Program-made: the position numbers and the translations under genes
Shown: positions 1 through 12,542 of the stretch, piece after piece
Position numbering within the stretch: position 1 is the first letter of the stretch
Layout: each line of letters starts with the position of its first letter
The notes under the pieces: generated by a model
What the model was told of the DNA's origin: nothing
The model's database searches: none
What the model saw: the letters and a program-made list of their open reading frames with translations, nothing else
Source: Eledone cirrhosa
Lineage: Eukaryota
Length of the DNA: 64,000 bases
Reading direction: 5' to 3'
NCBI GenBank assembly: GCA_964016885.1
Contig: OZ024750.1
Location: 54,932,001 to 54,996,000, forward strand

Positions 1-1750
1 TTAATTTTAAGGCCTTTTGATTCTAGGCCGTGCTTCCATGTTTGGAATTTCTTCTCTAGTTCGGTCATTGATTCAGCTATGAGCGTTAGATCATCTGCGT
101 ATAGGAGTTCCCATGGGCAGCCGGTCTTGAACTCCTCTGTTATAGCCTGAAGGGCAATAATAAATAGTAGGGGGCTAAGAACAGAGCCCTGATGGACACC
201 AACTTTTACGCTAAACTCTTCACTATATTCGTTGTTAATTCTAACCTTACTGACTGTTTCTTTATACATGGCTTGTATAGCTCTCACAAGCCATTCGTCA
301 ACACCTAGTTTTCTAAGAGACCACCAGATAATGGAACGGGGGACTCTGTCGAAGGCTTTCTCCAAGTCGACGAAAGCTAAGTATAGGGGTTTACTTTTAG
401 CTAGGTACTTCTCCTGTAGTTGTCGTACAATGAAAAGAGCGTCTGTGGTACTTTTGCCTGACACAAACCCGAACTGCATTTCATCTAGATCAATTCTCTC
501 TCTGATTAGTTGCGCTATTACTTTTTCCGTGACCTTCATGACCTGGTCGATTAATTTAATGCCTCTATAGTTACTCCTATCTAGGGCATCTCCTTTTCCC
601 TTATAGCAGTTAACGATGATGCTGCTACGCCATTCCTTCGGAACAACCCCATTCTGTACGACTTGGTTAACTATCCGGGTGACCATGGTGTGTCCCACCG
701 AACCAGATGCCTTCAGCATCTCAGCAACTATTTCCGAAGGCCCAGCCGCCTTACCCGTCTTCATATCTTTGATTGCCTTACTTATTATACTACCTTCAAC
801 TAACACTGCTGGTCCCTCTATTGGATCGATCTGGGGGAGACTGTCTTTCTCCCATTTGTTCTCCTCATTTAGAAGCCTTTCGTAGTGACACTTCCAAGCT
901 ACCTTCTTATCAGCGTCGGTGATGGCAAGTACGCCATCATCGTTAAGTACACACTTCTCCCCGACAATATCACGGTTTTCCTTGACACATTGCCTGGCAA
1001 TCCTGAACACCTCACGTTTTTGGTCCTCACGTTGTAGAACATGCTTGAACTTTCTTTCCTCTGCTTCCCTTCTTGCGAAGTACACTTGTCTCCTAGCTTC
1101 CCTCCTGGCCACTTGATAGTCTTCTCTACTTCCCCCATCCCGCCATACTTTCCAAGCCTGCTTTTTGGCCTTAATTGACTCCTCCACCTTACTGTTCTAC
1201 CACCATGTTACTCTCCTCCTACCTACAGGCCTGCTCCAGCCACAGACTTCGTCTGCCGCCGTCAGCAGGTTTGCTCTCAGGAATTCCCACTGTTCCTCTA
1301 TATTATACGACTCTAATTGCTCTTCCTTACTGTCGAAAGCGTCAAGTAATATGCTTTGAAATTTATTTCTGGCTATGGGGTCCTTTAGCTTCCATATTTT
1401 TCTCCTGAGGATAGTCCTCTTCCGCTGTCTAGTACGTCTCGTCCTGACTATGAGGTCGCTAATTATCAGTCTATGTTGGGAGGTGAATTCTTCATGGGGG
1501 TGGGATTTAGTGTTAACAACAGACACTCTGTCACGTCTTCTGGTAAGGATATAATCTACCTGGCTTGTGTGTTCCCCCGATCTATAGGTGATCAAGTGAT
1601 TGTCTCGTTTTTTGAAGTTAGTGTTACAGATAGTTAAGTTATTTGCGTCGCAGAATTCCAGGATTCTGGAGCCTTCCTCATTTCTAGTACCGAACCCATA
1701 GCCTCCATGGATTCCGTCATAGCCGTCACAATGTTGTCCAACGTGACCAT
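1..1750 (-). mobile_element. RTE-clade LINE, 5'-truncated and frameshifted (APE endonuclease C-terminal part plus RT), continuing beyond the window start
   Basis: Minus-strand frames give EN motifs (GYGFGTRN..G..ILEFC, ITYRSG..SQVDYIL, SQHRL) and RT motifs (MQFGFV..KSTTDA, FVDLEKAFDRVP, GVHQGSVLSPLLF, LLYADDL). Positions 1-690 are nearly identical to the plus-strand copy at 58929-59620. Confidence 0.9.
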
Positions 1751-1853
1751 ATATATATATATATATGTGTGTATATATATGTATATGTGTATATATGTGT
1801 ATATATATGTATATGTGTATATATGTATGTATGTGTATATATAGGTATATGTG
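1749..1853. repeat. (TA)/(TG) microsatellite
   Basis: Direct reading. Confidence 0.9.
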
Positions 1854-3123
1854 TGAGAGGGGATCAAAAAGTTCGCGGAATTTTCAGAAAATAATCTATT
1901 TTTCAAAAAATATGATTTACCTTCAATTTATTTTTCTACATAGTTGCCATCCAGGTCAATATACTTCACAAGGCAATGCTTCCAGCTTCATAAGCCGTCT
2001 AAAGAAAGTTGAAGGCCTTGTTCGAAGCCATGTGTTGGCAGTGTTTTTATCTTCTTCAAAACAGGTTCCTTTTAGCATTTCTTTGAGTTTTGGAAAGAGG
2101 AAAAAGTCTGATGGGGCTAAATCTGGACTATAAGGCGGGTGAGGAAGCACTTCCCATCGAAATTCTCGAAGAACTTCTTTTGCAACCCGCGCAGAATGCA
2201 CTGGTGCATTGTCATGGTGAATCAAGATCCCACCATGAAGTTTCTCTTTTCGTTTCTTCACTAATGCCTCTTTCAGCTTCCTTAAAACATTTGCATAGTA
2301 AGCTCCTGTCACAGTTCTTTGACCTTCAAGATAATCTATTAGTATCACCTCATCTGAATCCCAGAAAATGGTGGCCATCACAGTTTGATCCGACTTTTGA
2401 GATTTCAACTTGATTGGCCCCGATGATCCACGTGAGAGCCACTGTTTTGACTGCTGTTTGGATTCAGGATCATACTGGTAGATCCAGGTTTCATCTCCGG
2501 TGATGATTCTGGTCAAGAAATGCTCTTCATCAACTTCAATTTTGTTTAATATCGCCAAAGACAGATCACTTTGAAGAATCAGCTAATCAGGGCGCAACGC
2601 TTTTGGGACCCATCGCGCTGGAAGCTTGCTTAGTCCCAAATTATCGTGCAGAATTGAATTTGCCGAACCATATGAAATGTCTAGGGAATTAGCTAACTGA
2701 TTAACTGTTATTCTTCAATCTTCTTCAATTAAAGTCTGAGCAGCCTCAACGTTTTGGTCATTTTTTGATGTTCCTGGTCTTCCAATGCGATGGTCGTCTC
2801 TCCCTTGTTTGAATCGCTGAATCCACTTGTAGACAGCAGTAGTACCGTAAACTTTAACTAAAGCCTCCATAAGCTGTGTCCCTTTCCATTTGAGTTTCAC
2901 CAGAAACTTGATATTCGATCTTATCTCAAAATAACTATTTTCCATTGTTCCAAAAAGAGGTTTTTTAAAGAGTGTCAGTACTGTACAATAGTCCACGCAT
3001 GACTGACTGCAAGTGACTGCAAGGTAAACACCCAGTGACAATGTTCTGACATGTTTAATATTGTTTTAACCTGATTTTTTTCTTGCTACGATAAAATTCC
3101 GCGAACCTTTTGATCCACTCTCG
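1854..3123 (-). mobile_element. Tc1/mariner (mariner-type, DD34D) DNA transposon, defective
   Basis: ~30-bp imperfect TIRs (tgagaggggatcaaaaagttcgcggaatttt at 1854; aaaattccgcgaaccttttgatccactctcg ending at 3123), followed by TA at 3124-3125. Length is ~1.27 kb. Confidence 0.92.
1956..2945 (-). pseudogene. mariner transposase pseudogene
   Basis: Motifs ITGDETWIYQYDPE, HHDNAPVH and PYSPDLAPSDF, plus an N-terminal HTH part (VYKWIQRFKQGR). The frame is broken into separate ORFs (2715-3041, 1956-2558). Confidence 0.9.
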
Positions 3124-3340
3124 TATATATATATGTATATATATATCTGTATAAATTTATATATATATATATATATATAGTTAAAAGAATAGAGGTGTAA
3201 CACACAAGTTATTATATATTGGTAAACGGAATAGAAAATGCTGACAAATTGTTCACAGTTGAAAAATGGTTTAATTAGGAATAAAAGAGTATTAGTGATT
3301 GTATGGGTTAGTATTCAGTTGTGGTTTTAAGTTTTTAAGT

Positions 3341-3377
3341 TTTTACCGGTTGCGCATTTCTAAATGCTTTTCAAAAA
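3341..3377 (-). ncRNA. variant minimal type I hammerhead motif (PLE1 pLTR)
   Basis: ttt-TTGAAAA-gcatt(taga)aatgc-GCAA-CCGG-TA-aaa. It has the U3/A8 covariant core and palindromic P3, but GCAA replaces GAAA. Confidence 0.55.
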
Positions 3378-4301
3378 TAATTTTGAGATAGAGTGTCCGT
3401 GCTGTTTGCTCTGATCTGATTAGTTTTGGGAATTCTACCTGTGTTTTATGTTAAAAAAATGGCTCCAGCGTTATTTTTGTGTTGCAAAAATGCTTGTGGT
3501 CAAAACAATTTTGATTGGTCGGTAGAGGTCATGTGAATGTAAAAAGTTGATTTTGCGCCAAGACTGTTTTTATGTTAAAATGTTAGAAAAGTGGCTCCAG
3601 CAAAAATTATTGGTCAAAACAATTTTGATTGGTCGGTAGAGGTCATGTGGATAAAAAATTGGTTTTGCGCCAAGATTGAGAAATGACTCTTTCACAACAA
3701 ATATGTGTGTGTGTGTGTGTGTGTGTGTGGTAGTAGTAGTAAGGTGTTCGATGCTGCGACAATAGCCAGCAGCGATGTGTGTCGAATGGCTATTAAGATA
3801 AGTGTGTGTGTGTGTGTGTGTGTGTGCGTACATACACACAGCAGAGTCATTCGAAGGTCAAAAGATATTTTTCAGCTTTTGTCTTATACGGAGAAGTGCG
3901 TGTGTGTGTATAAGTCTCTTTGTATGTTGATGTACGCGTGTGTATGTGTTTGTGTATGTGTGTGTGTGTGTGGGTGGACCAGTATTTTTTCCCCCTGGTA
4001 AAATGGTGTACATTATTCGATTTTTTCAGTAAAATCGGTTCTCTTAATAGAACATCAACAATCTTAACAATAAAAGGTGTGAAATGATATTCACTATATA
4101 TATACACACACACACACACACATATATATTTTCACTACATATATATATATATACATATATACATACATATATATGCACATATATTTTTTTGTATTGCACC
4201 ATAGATCATGTGTGTTTACGTGTGTCATTGTGTTTATATGTGGGTAGAGATGTGTGCTGATGTAGGTATGTATGTTGACGTGTGTATGTTGTGGGTTCGT
4301 C

Positions 4302-5390
4302 TTAGGGAGAAGTGTTTAGACGGGGTCCGTATTTGTTAATGAAGTAAGATTCCTTGCTGATGCGCTGGGTGTGGGTGGCATTATCTTTAAATTTGTAGAG
4401 GGGAAAGATTCTGAAGTTGGGATGATTTTGGGCGGCACAGGTATCAATGTGTTCACTCAGTGGTATTTTCCTGTATTCCCGTATTTTAATTTGGGATCTA
4501 TGGACAGTCATGCGTTGGCGGAGGCTGTTTTTGGTCTGGCCTATGTATTGTTCTCGACAACCTGAACAAGTTAATACATATATTAAATTTTCCGATGCAC
4601 ATGTGAAATTGTGTTTTACTATAAAACGTTGTCCATCTTTGAAATAGAATTCCGAACCCTCTATTAGGTTGATGCAAATGCCACAATTGGGTCTATCGCA
4701 TTTTTTTACTGTGGGTTTCGTTGTTGTGGTTGGCAGTACTTTGGTATGTGTTAAGATGTTTTTCATTGACTTGGATTGTCTTTTGCTCTTTATGATATTG
4801 TGTGTTCGTAGAATTTGGTTCATTCTATGGTCCTTTTTCAATACAGGGATGTTCTGGAGGATGGTGTCAAAGGCCTCATTGTTGAGGGGGTTGTGTGTGG
4901 AGATGTATGGAAGAGCTTTTAGTTTTGGTTGATTTACTTTAGGGTGTCTAAGGTCCTGGGTACTGAGTTTTAGGGCACGTTGGATTCCATTGTCAATTAG
5001 TGATGCAGGGTAGTCCCTGCCTATGAGTGTGTCCTTTAGTTCTTGTAGCCGTAAGTAGCAGATGTTTTTATTGGAGACTATAGTACAGATTCTCTTGGCT
5101 AAGTTGTAGGGAATATTAATTTTAACGTGTCTAGGGTGGCAAGAGTTGAAGGGGAGGTATTGCTTGGAGTCTGTGGGCTTGTAGTATATGTCTGTTTCTA
5201 TTTTTTTGTTATGGATCTTAATGAGGATGTCGAGGAAGGGGAGTTGTTGATGGCTGTATTCCATCGTGAAGTTAATATTTGTGTTGAGCCCATTTATAAG
5301 GGTGTGAAATTCTTTAAGTTTTTCGATGTTTTCGTGCCAAAGGATGAAGCAGTCATCTAGATATCGCTTCCAGTTCCTTTCAATGTGTAA
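4302..5390 (-). pseudogene. 5'-truncated PLE RT/thumb-Zn linker-GIY-YIG ORF
   Basis: WKRYLDD, LPFLDI, YKPTDSKQYL, CDRPNCGIC linker, NLIYVLTCSGCREQYIGQT, stop at 4302. It starts at the inversion junction and has no true start. Confidence 0.9.
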
Positions 5391-5928
5391 TTCTATTTCA
5401 AAGATGGACAACGTTTTATAGTAAAACACAATTTCACATGTGCATCGGAAAATTTAATATATGTATTAACTTGTTCAGGTTGTCGAGAACAATACATAGG
5501 CCAGACCAAAAACAGCCTCCGCCAACGCATGACTGTCCATAGATCCCAAATTAAAATACGGGAATACAGGAAAATACCACTGAGTGAACACATTGATACC
5601 TGTGCCGCCCAAAATCATCCCAACTTCAGAATCTTTCCCCTCTACAAATTTAAAGATGATGCCACCCACACCCAGCGCATCAGCAAGGAATCTTACTTCA
5701 TTAACAAATACGGACCCCGTCTAAACACTTCTCCCTAAGACGAACCCACAGCATACACACGTCAACATACATACCTACATCAGCACACATCTCTACCCAC
5801 ATATAAACACAATGACACACGTAAACACACATGCTCTATGGTGCAATACAAAAAAATATATGTGCATATATATGTATGTATATATGTATATATATATATA
5901 TATGTAGTGAAAATATATATGTGTGTGT

Positions 5929-7088
5929 CATCATCATCATCATCATCACCGTTTTACGTCCGTTCTTCCACGCTAGCATGGGTTAGACGGGTTGTCCTGT
6001 TGTGGGCAGTGTCTGGTCGGCTGACCATGCCTTGCTCATACAGGAACTGATCTGGCTTGATTTCTACAGCTGGATGCCCTTCCTAACACCAACCTCATTT
6101 ACAGTGAGTGCTGGGTGCTTTTTCGTGGCGCCTACACGTCCACTTTACAGTGTGGGCTGGGTGCTTTTTTGCCGTGGCACCTCCACGACCACCTTGCGGT
6201 GGGGTGGGGGGGCATATTGTTTATATGCTTCAGCATGTACCCATGGGAGGTCGGGTACCCTGTATTACTGCGTGACGCCAGAAGTCACGGTCGTGTGTCA
6301 TTGACTTTGAGAGGTGTAGTTGGGTAAGGTCGGCTTTTATCACCTCATCCCAAGTCATCTTGGGTCTCCCCACTCCGCGGTTTCCATCAACTTCTAGTGC
6401 TCTGCACCTTTTTATGCAGCTGTCATCCTTCATACGCATCACATGTCCATACCAGCGTAACCGCCTCTCCTGCACGCAGCATTTGATTCCTCTTATGCTC
6501 AGTCTCTCTCTCAATTCATTTATGCTTTGTCGTTCACGTATATTACTGTTACACATCCATCGGAGCATGCAGGCTTCGTTTCTCTCTAATCTACGTAAGT
6601 CTTCCACCTTCAGCGCCCAGGTCTCACTACCATGCAACATCGCTGTTCGGATACACGCATCATACAGTCTGCCTTTCATTCTGAGGGAGAAGCCTTTTGC
6701 AGCTAGCAGTGGTAGTAGTTCCCTAAACTTCTTCCATCCCGTTCTTACCCTAGTTATTGTACTTTCTGAGCACCCACCTCCGTTGCTAATTCGGTCACCT
6801 AGGTAGCAGAAGCTGTCTACTGTTTCTACAGGGCCCTCCCAGAGATTGGTGGTACTTGTTTCCTGTGGCTGTTTGCTTGCTGTTTCAGCACAGCTGCTGC
6901 ATGTGAATCCTACATTCTTAATTAAGCTTCCTGAGATCCCGCTACATCTCTTGTGTACCCATTGTTTGCATTTGGGGCAAAGAATGGAGTTCCTACCTAC
7001 ACCTTTCCTACATACTGAGCAAGGCCATTTCCCTGAGGGGATCTGGGTTCTGTTTTCTCGTCTACTTATAAGGACCTTAGTCTTTGTC
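5929..7088 (-). mobile_element. 5'-truncated RTE LINE with (GAT)n tail and 10-bp TSD
   Basis: ORF 6230-7090 (WPCSVC..CPKC..WVHKRC, FCYLG, MLHGSETW, RLRWYGHVMR). The tail reads (CAT)n at 5929-5948 on +. TSD atgtgtgtgt at 5919-5928 and 7089-7098. The insertion is absent from the sister arm at ~4090-4120. Confidence 0.92.
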
Positions 7089-7229
7089 ATGTGTGTGTGT
7101 ATATATATATAGTGAATATCATTTCACACCTTTTATTGTTAAGATTGTTGATGTTCTATTAAGAGAACCGATTTTACTGAAAAAATCGAATAATGTACAC
7201 CATTTTACCAGGGGGAAAAAAATACTGGT

Positions 7230-7268
<39 letters not shown>

Positions 7269-7393
7269 CACAAACACATACACACGCGTACATCAACATA
7301 CAAAGAGACTTATACACACACACACACTTCTCCGTATAAGACAAAAGCTGAAAAATATCTTTTGACCTTCGAATGACTCTGCTGTGTGTATGT

Positions 7394-7427
<34 letters not shown>

Positions 7428-7502
7428 ATCTTAATAGCCATTCGACACACATCGCTGCTGGCTATTGTCGCAGCATCGAACACACTACTATTACTACTAC
7501 AC

Positions 7503-7560
<58 letters not shown>

Positions 7561-7883
7561 TTGTTGTGAAAGAGTCATTTCTCAATCTTGGCGCAAAACC
7601 AATTTTTTATCCACATGACCTCTACCGACCAATCAAAATTGTTTTGACCAATAATTTTTGCTGGAGCCACTTTTCTAACATTTTAACATAAAAACAGTCT
7701 TGGCGCAAAATTAACTTTTTACATTCACATGACCTCTACCGACCAATCAAAATTGTTTTGACCACAAGCATTTTTGCAACACAAAAATAACGCTGGAGCC
7801 ATTTTTTTAACATAAAACACAGGTAGAATTCCCAAAACTAATCAGATCAGAGCAAACAGCACGGACACTCTATCTCAAAATTA

Positions 7884-7920
7884 TTTTTGAAAAGCATTTA
7901 GAAATACGCAACCGGTAAAA
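7884..7920 (+). ncRNA. variant minimal hammerhead motif, inverted-arm copy
   Basis: Same as 3341-3377, with one G>A change in stem II at 7906. Confidence 0.5.
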
Positions 7921-8042
7921 ACTTAAAAACTTAAAACCACAACTGAATATTAACCCATACAATCACTAATACTCTTTTATTCCTAATTAAACCATTTTTC
8001 AACTGTGAACAATTTGTCAGCATTTTCTATTCCGTTTACCAA

Positions 8043-8408
<366 letters not shown>

Positions 8409-8593
8409 GATAAATCTACCAAGAGTTTACGGTAGTGTCCAATCCGTATGAAGAACTCAATGTATTCCGGATATCATGGAAAGAAGAGATGTAATGAAAA
8501 TCCACTTTCGGTGAAAGATAAACGGTATACAGAGTCAAGATAAAATATTAAACAAATAATGAACAAACAATTCCTTATATTAAACAAAAAAAG

Positions 8594-8748
8594 TTCACTA
8601 TTTAACGATCGTTTCTAGGGTATATATGTGTTATAATTGGTATGCATATTTAACAGATCTATGTACAAAATTATACAAAATTATACAAATTATCAAGATT
8701 AAATATACATACCTAACTCATATATACGCCGTCTTCAGAAATAATGAA
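8594..8748 (-). ncRNA. type I hammerhead ribozyme with extended stem II
   Basis: Reverse complement of 9419-9573. Confidence 0.75.
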
Positions 8749-9418
8749 GTATATTTATTGATAATAACAACAATTCAAAATATCAGTTCAAAATTGACCA
8801 ATGAAAACACAAAGGGTTAAAAGCAGTTTGGTGTGTGTATATACATGTAAAAACCTTACACATATTTTACAATTATTTTTCTTAATTTATAGATACATTT
8901 ATATTAGGCAGTCTGGTCTGACAATCTAATACTGACCCCTCCCCCCCCCTCCCACCTAATTTCTGTATCTTGATCTTGAAATGTGTGTGCCAGTGTTTTT
9001 ATGTGAGTGACTTAATTTCTATTTGCTTATGATTTTATATCCACATATATAAATGTGAGTGGGGGAGTGTGTGTGTTTGTATGTTCGTGGTTATGTGTAT
9101 ATTTATGCATATACGCACATGTATGTGTGATTATACTGATATGTGTGAGTATGAAAAAAATATATTTATATGCTTGACTCCATAAGTATCATTGAGTATC
9201 TTATCAGCGCATTAAGCTTACAGAGATATTAACCTTGAAATTTTGTGTTTGCATCCATCTTTTTAGTATGCACATACAAATTATACACACATTATTGTAA
9301 AATATGTGTAAGGTTTTTACATGTATATACACACACCAAACTGCTTTTAACCCTTTGTGTTTTCATTGGTCAATTTTGAACTGATATTTTGAATTGTTGT
9401 TATTATCAATAAATATAC

Positions 9419-9573
9419 TTCATTATTTCTGAAGACGGCGTATATATGAGTTAGGTATGTATATTTAATCTTGATAATTTGTATAATTTTGTATAATTTT
9501 GTACATAGATCTGTTAAATATGCATACCAATTATAACACATATATACCCTAGAAACGATCGTTAAATAGTGAA
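9419..9573 (+). ncRNA. type I hammerhead ribozyme with ~115-nt stem II
   Basis: Stem I ttcattattt/aaatagtgaa (10 bp), CTGAAGA 9429-9435, stem II helices gtatatatg/catatatac and ggtatgtatatttaa/ttaaatatgcatacc, GAAA 9552-9555, palindromic CGATCG, GTT cleavage triplet. Confidence 0.78.
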
Positions 9574-9627
9574 CTTTTTTTGTTTAATATAAGGAATTGT
9601 TTGTTCATTATTTGTTTAATATTTTAT

Positions 9628-9908
<281 letters not shown>

Positions 9909-10167
9909 TAAATGTAAGTATGCATGTATACGTACATACATATATGTATACAGACGTACAGTAGCATGCACATATATATATATATATACATATATACATA
10001 CATATGCATACAGGTACACATACATATATGCACGTATCAGTTTAGCGGCGCTAACGTCGCTTTGTTCGTTTGTAAACAAACTGTATATGCAAATTAGGCT
10101 GCTCAGCCGTTAATTTTCATAAGGAAAGTATATACTTTCGAACGTTCAACTATCTGGCAGATGGGTA

Positions 10168-10212
10168 AACGGTGCTGATGATAGCTAACAAGCTTGAAAC
10201 TAGTACATCGTT
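10168..10212 (+). ncRNA. minimal type I hammerhead ribozyme, unit 1
   Basis: aacggtg-CTGATGA-t-agct(aaca)agct-t-GAAA-CTAG-TA-catcgtt: canonical core, palindromic P3, 7-bp stem I. Confidence 0.9.
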
Positions 10213-10633
10213 CCTGTGTCAGTGTTGAACAAAAAGGTGACGTGGTTGCCTTAACACCGTATGGCATAAATTCAGGCTGTTCAGTTTGTTTACAAACGAA
10301 CAAAGCGACGTTAGCGCCGCTAAACTGATACGTGCATATATGTATGTGTACCTGTATGCATATGTATGTATATATGTATATATATATATATATGTGCATG
10401 CTACTGTACGTCTGTATACATATATGTATGTACGTATACATGCATACTTACATTTAAGTAAGTGCCATACTAAGAGTGAGAAATGAAATTTCGTTTTCAT
10501 TTTGTTTCAATTTATCGTTTTCGGTATGCCTGACCGATTTAACTCACTCAATATGCAAATTAGGCTGCTCAGCCGTTAATTTTCATAAGGAAAGTATATA
10601 CTTTCGAACGTTCAACTATCTGGCAGATGGGTA

Positions 10634-10678
10634 AACGGTGCTGATGATAGCTAACAAGCTTGAAACTAGTACATCGTT
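10634..10678 (+). ncRNA. minimal type I hammerhead ribozyme, unit 2
   Basis: Identical to 10168-10212. Confidence 0.9.
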
Positions 10679-11099
10679 CCTGTGTCAGTGTTGAACAAAA
10701 AGGTGACGTGGTTGCCTTAACACCGTATGGCATAAATTCAGGCTGTTCAGTTTGTTTACAAACGAACAAAGCGACGTTAGCGCCGCTAAACTGATACGTG
10801 CATATATGTATGTGTACCTGTATGCATATGTATGTATATATGTATATATATATATATATGTGCATGCTACTGTACGTCTGTATACATATATGTATGTACG
10901 TATACATGCATACTTACATTTAAGTAAGTGCCATACTAAGAGTGAGAAATGAAATTTCGTTTTCATTTTGTTTCAATTTATCGTTTTCGGTATGCCTGAC
11001 CGATTTAACTCACTCAATATGCAAATTAGGCTGCTCAGCCGTTAATTTTCATAAGGAAAGTATATACTTTCGAACATTCAACTATCTGGCAGATGGGTA

Positions 11100-11144
11100 A
11101 ACGGTGCTGATGATAGCTAACAAGCTTGAAACTAGTACATCGTT
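11100..11144 (+). ncRNA. minimal type I hammerhead ribozyme, unit 3
   Basis: Identical to 10168-10212. Confidence 0.9.
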
Positions 11145-11565
11145 CCTGTGTCAGTGTTGAACAAAAAGGTGACGTGGTTGCCTTAACACCGTATGGCATA
11201 AATTCAGGCTGTTCAGTTTGTTTACAAACGAACAAAGCGACGTTAGCGCCGCTAAACTGATACGTGCATATATGTATGTGTACCTGTATGCATATGTATG
11301 TATATATGTATATATATATATATATGTGCATGCTACTGTACGTCTGTATACATATATGTATGTACGTATACATGCATACTTACATTTAAGTAAGTGCCAT
11401 ACTAAGAGTGAGAAATGAAATTTCGTTTTCATTTTGTTTCAATTTATCGTTTTCGGTATGCCTGACCGATTTAACTCACTCAATATGCAAATTAGGCTGC
11501 TCAGCCGTTAATTTTCATAAGGAAAGTATATACTTTCGAACGTTCAACTATCTGGCAGATGGGTA

Positions 11566-11610
11566 AACGGTGCTGATGATAGCTAACAAGCTTGAAACTA
11601 GTACATCGTT
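11566..11610 (+). ncRNA. minimal type I hammerhead ribozyme, unit 4
   Basis: Identical to 10168-10212. Confidence 0.9.
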
Positions 11611-12031
11611 CCTGTGTCAGTGTTGAACAAAAAGGTGACGTGGTTGCCTTAACACCGTATGGCATAAATTCAGGCTGTTCAGTTTGTTTACAAACGAACA
11701 AAGCGACGTTAGCGTCGCTAAACTGATACGTGCATATATGTATGTGTACCTGTATGCATATGTATGTATATATGTATATATATATATATATGTGCATGCT
11801 ACTGTACGTCTGTATACATATATGTATGTACGTATACATGCATACTTACATTTAAGTAAGTGCCATACTAAGAGTGAGAAATGAAATTTCGTTTTCATTT
11901 TGTTTCAATTTATCGTTTTCGGTATGCCTGACCGATTTAACTCACTCAATATGCAAATTAGGCTGCTCAGCCGTTAATTTTCATAAGGAAAGTATATACT
12001 TTCGAACGTTCAACTATCTGGCAGATGGGTA

Positions 12032-12076
12032 AACGGTGCTGATGATAGCTAACAAGCTTGAAACTAGTACATCGTT
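12032..12076 (+). ncRNA. minimal type I hammerhead ribozyme, unit 5
   Basis: Identical to 10168-10212. Confidence 0.9.
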
Positions 12077-12497
12077 CCTGTGTCAGTGTTGAACAAAAAG
12101 GTGACGTGGTTGCCTTAACACCGTATGGCATAAATTCAGGCTGTTCAGTTTGTTTACAAACGAACAAAGCGACGTTAGCGCCGCTAAACTGATACGTGCA
12201 TATATGTATGTGTACCTGTATGCATATGTATGTATATATGTATATATATATATATATGTGCATGCTACTGTACGTCTGTATACATATATGTATGTACGTA
12301 TACATGCATACTTACATTTAAGTAAGTGCCATACTAAGAGTGAGAAATGAAATTTCGTTTTCATTTTGTTTCAATTTATCGTTTTCGGTATGCCTGACCG
12401 ATTTAACTCACTCAATATGCAAATTAGGCTGCTCAGCCGTTAATTTTCATAAGGAAAGTATATACTTTCGAACGTTCAACTATCTGGCAGATGGGTA

Positions 12498-12542
12498 AAC
12501 GGTGCTGATGATAGCTAACAAGCTTGAAACTAGTACATCGTT
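12498..12542 (+). ncRNA. minimal type I hammerhead ribozyme, unit 6
   Basis: Identical to 10168-10212. Confidence 0.9.

Noticed and set aside
10140-10152. 13-mer gaacgttcaacta shared between the retrozyme unit and 35450-35462
   Set aside because: Too short, partly palindromic, and no flanking similarity.
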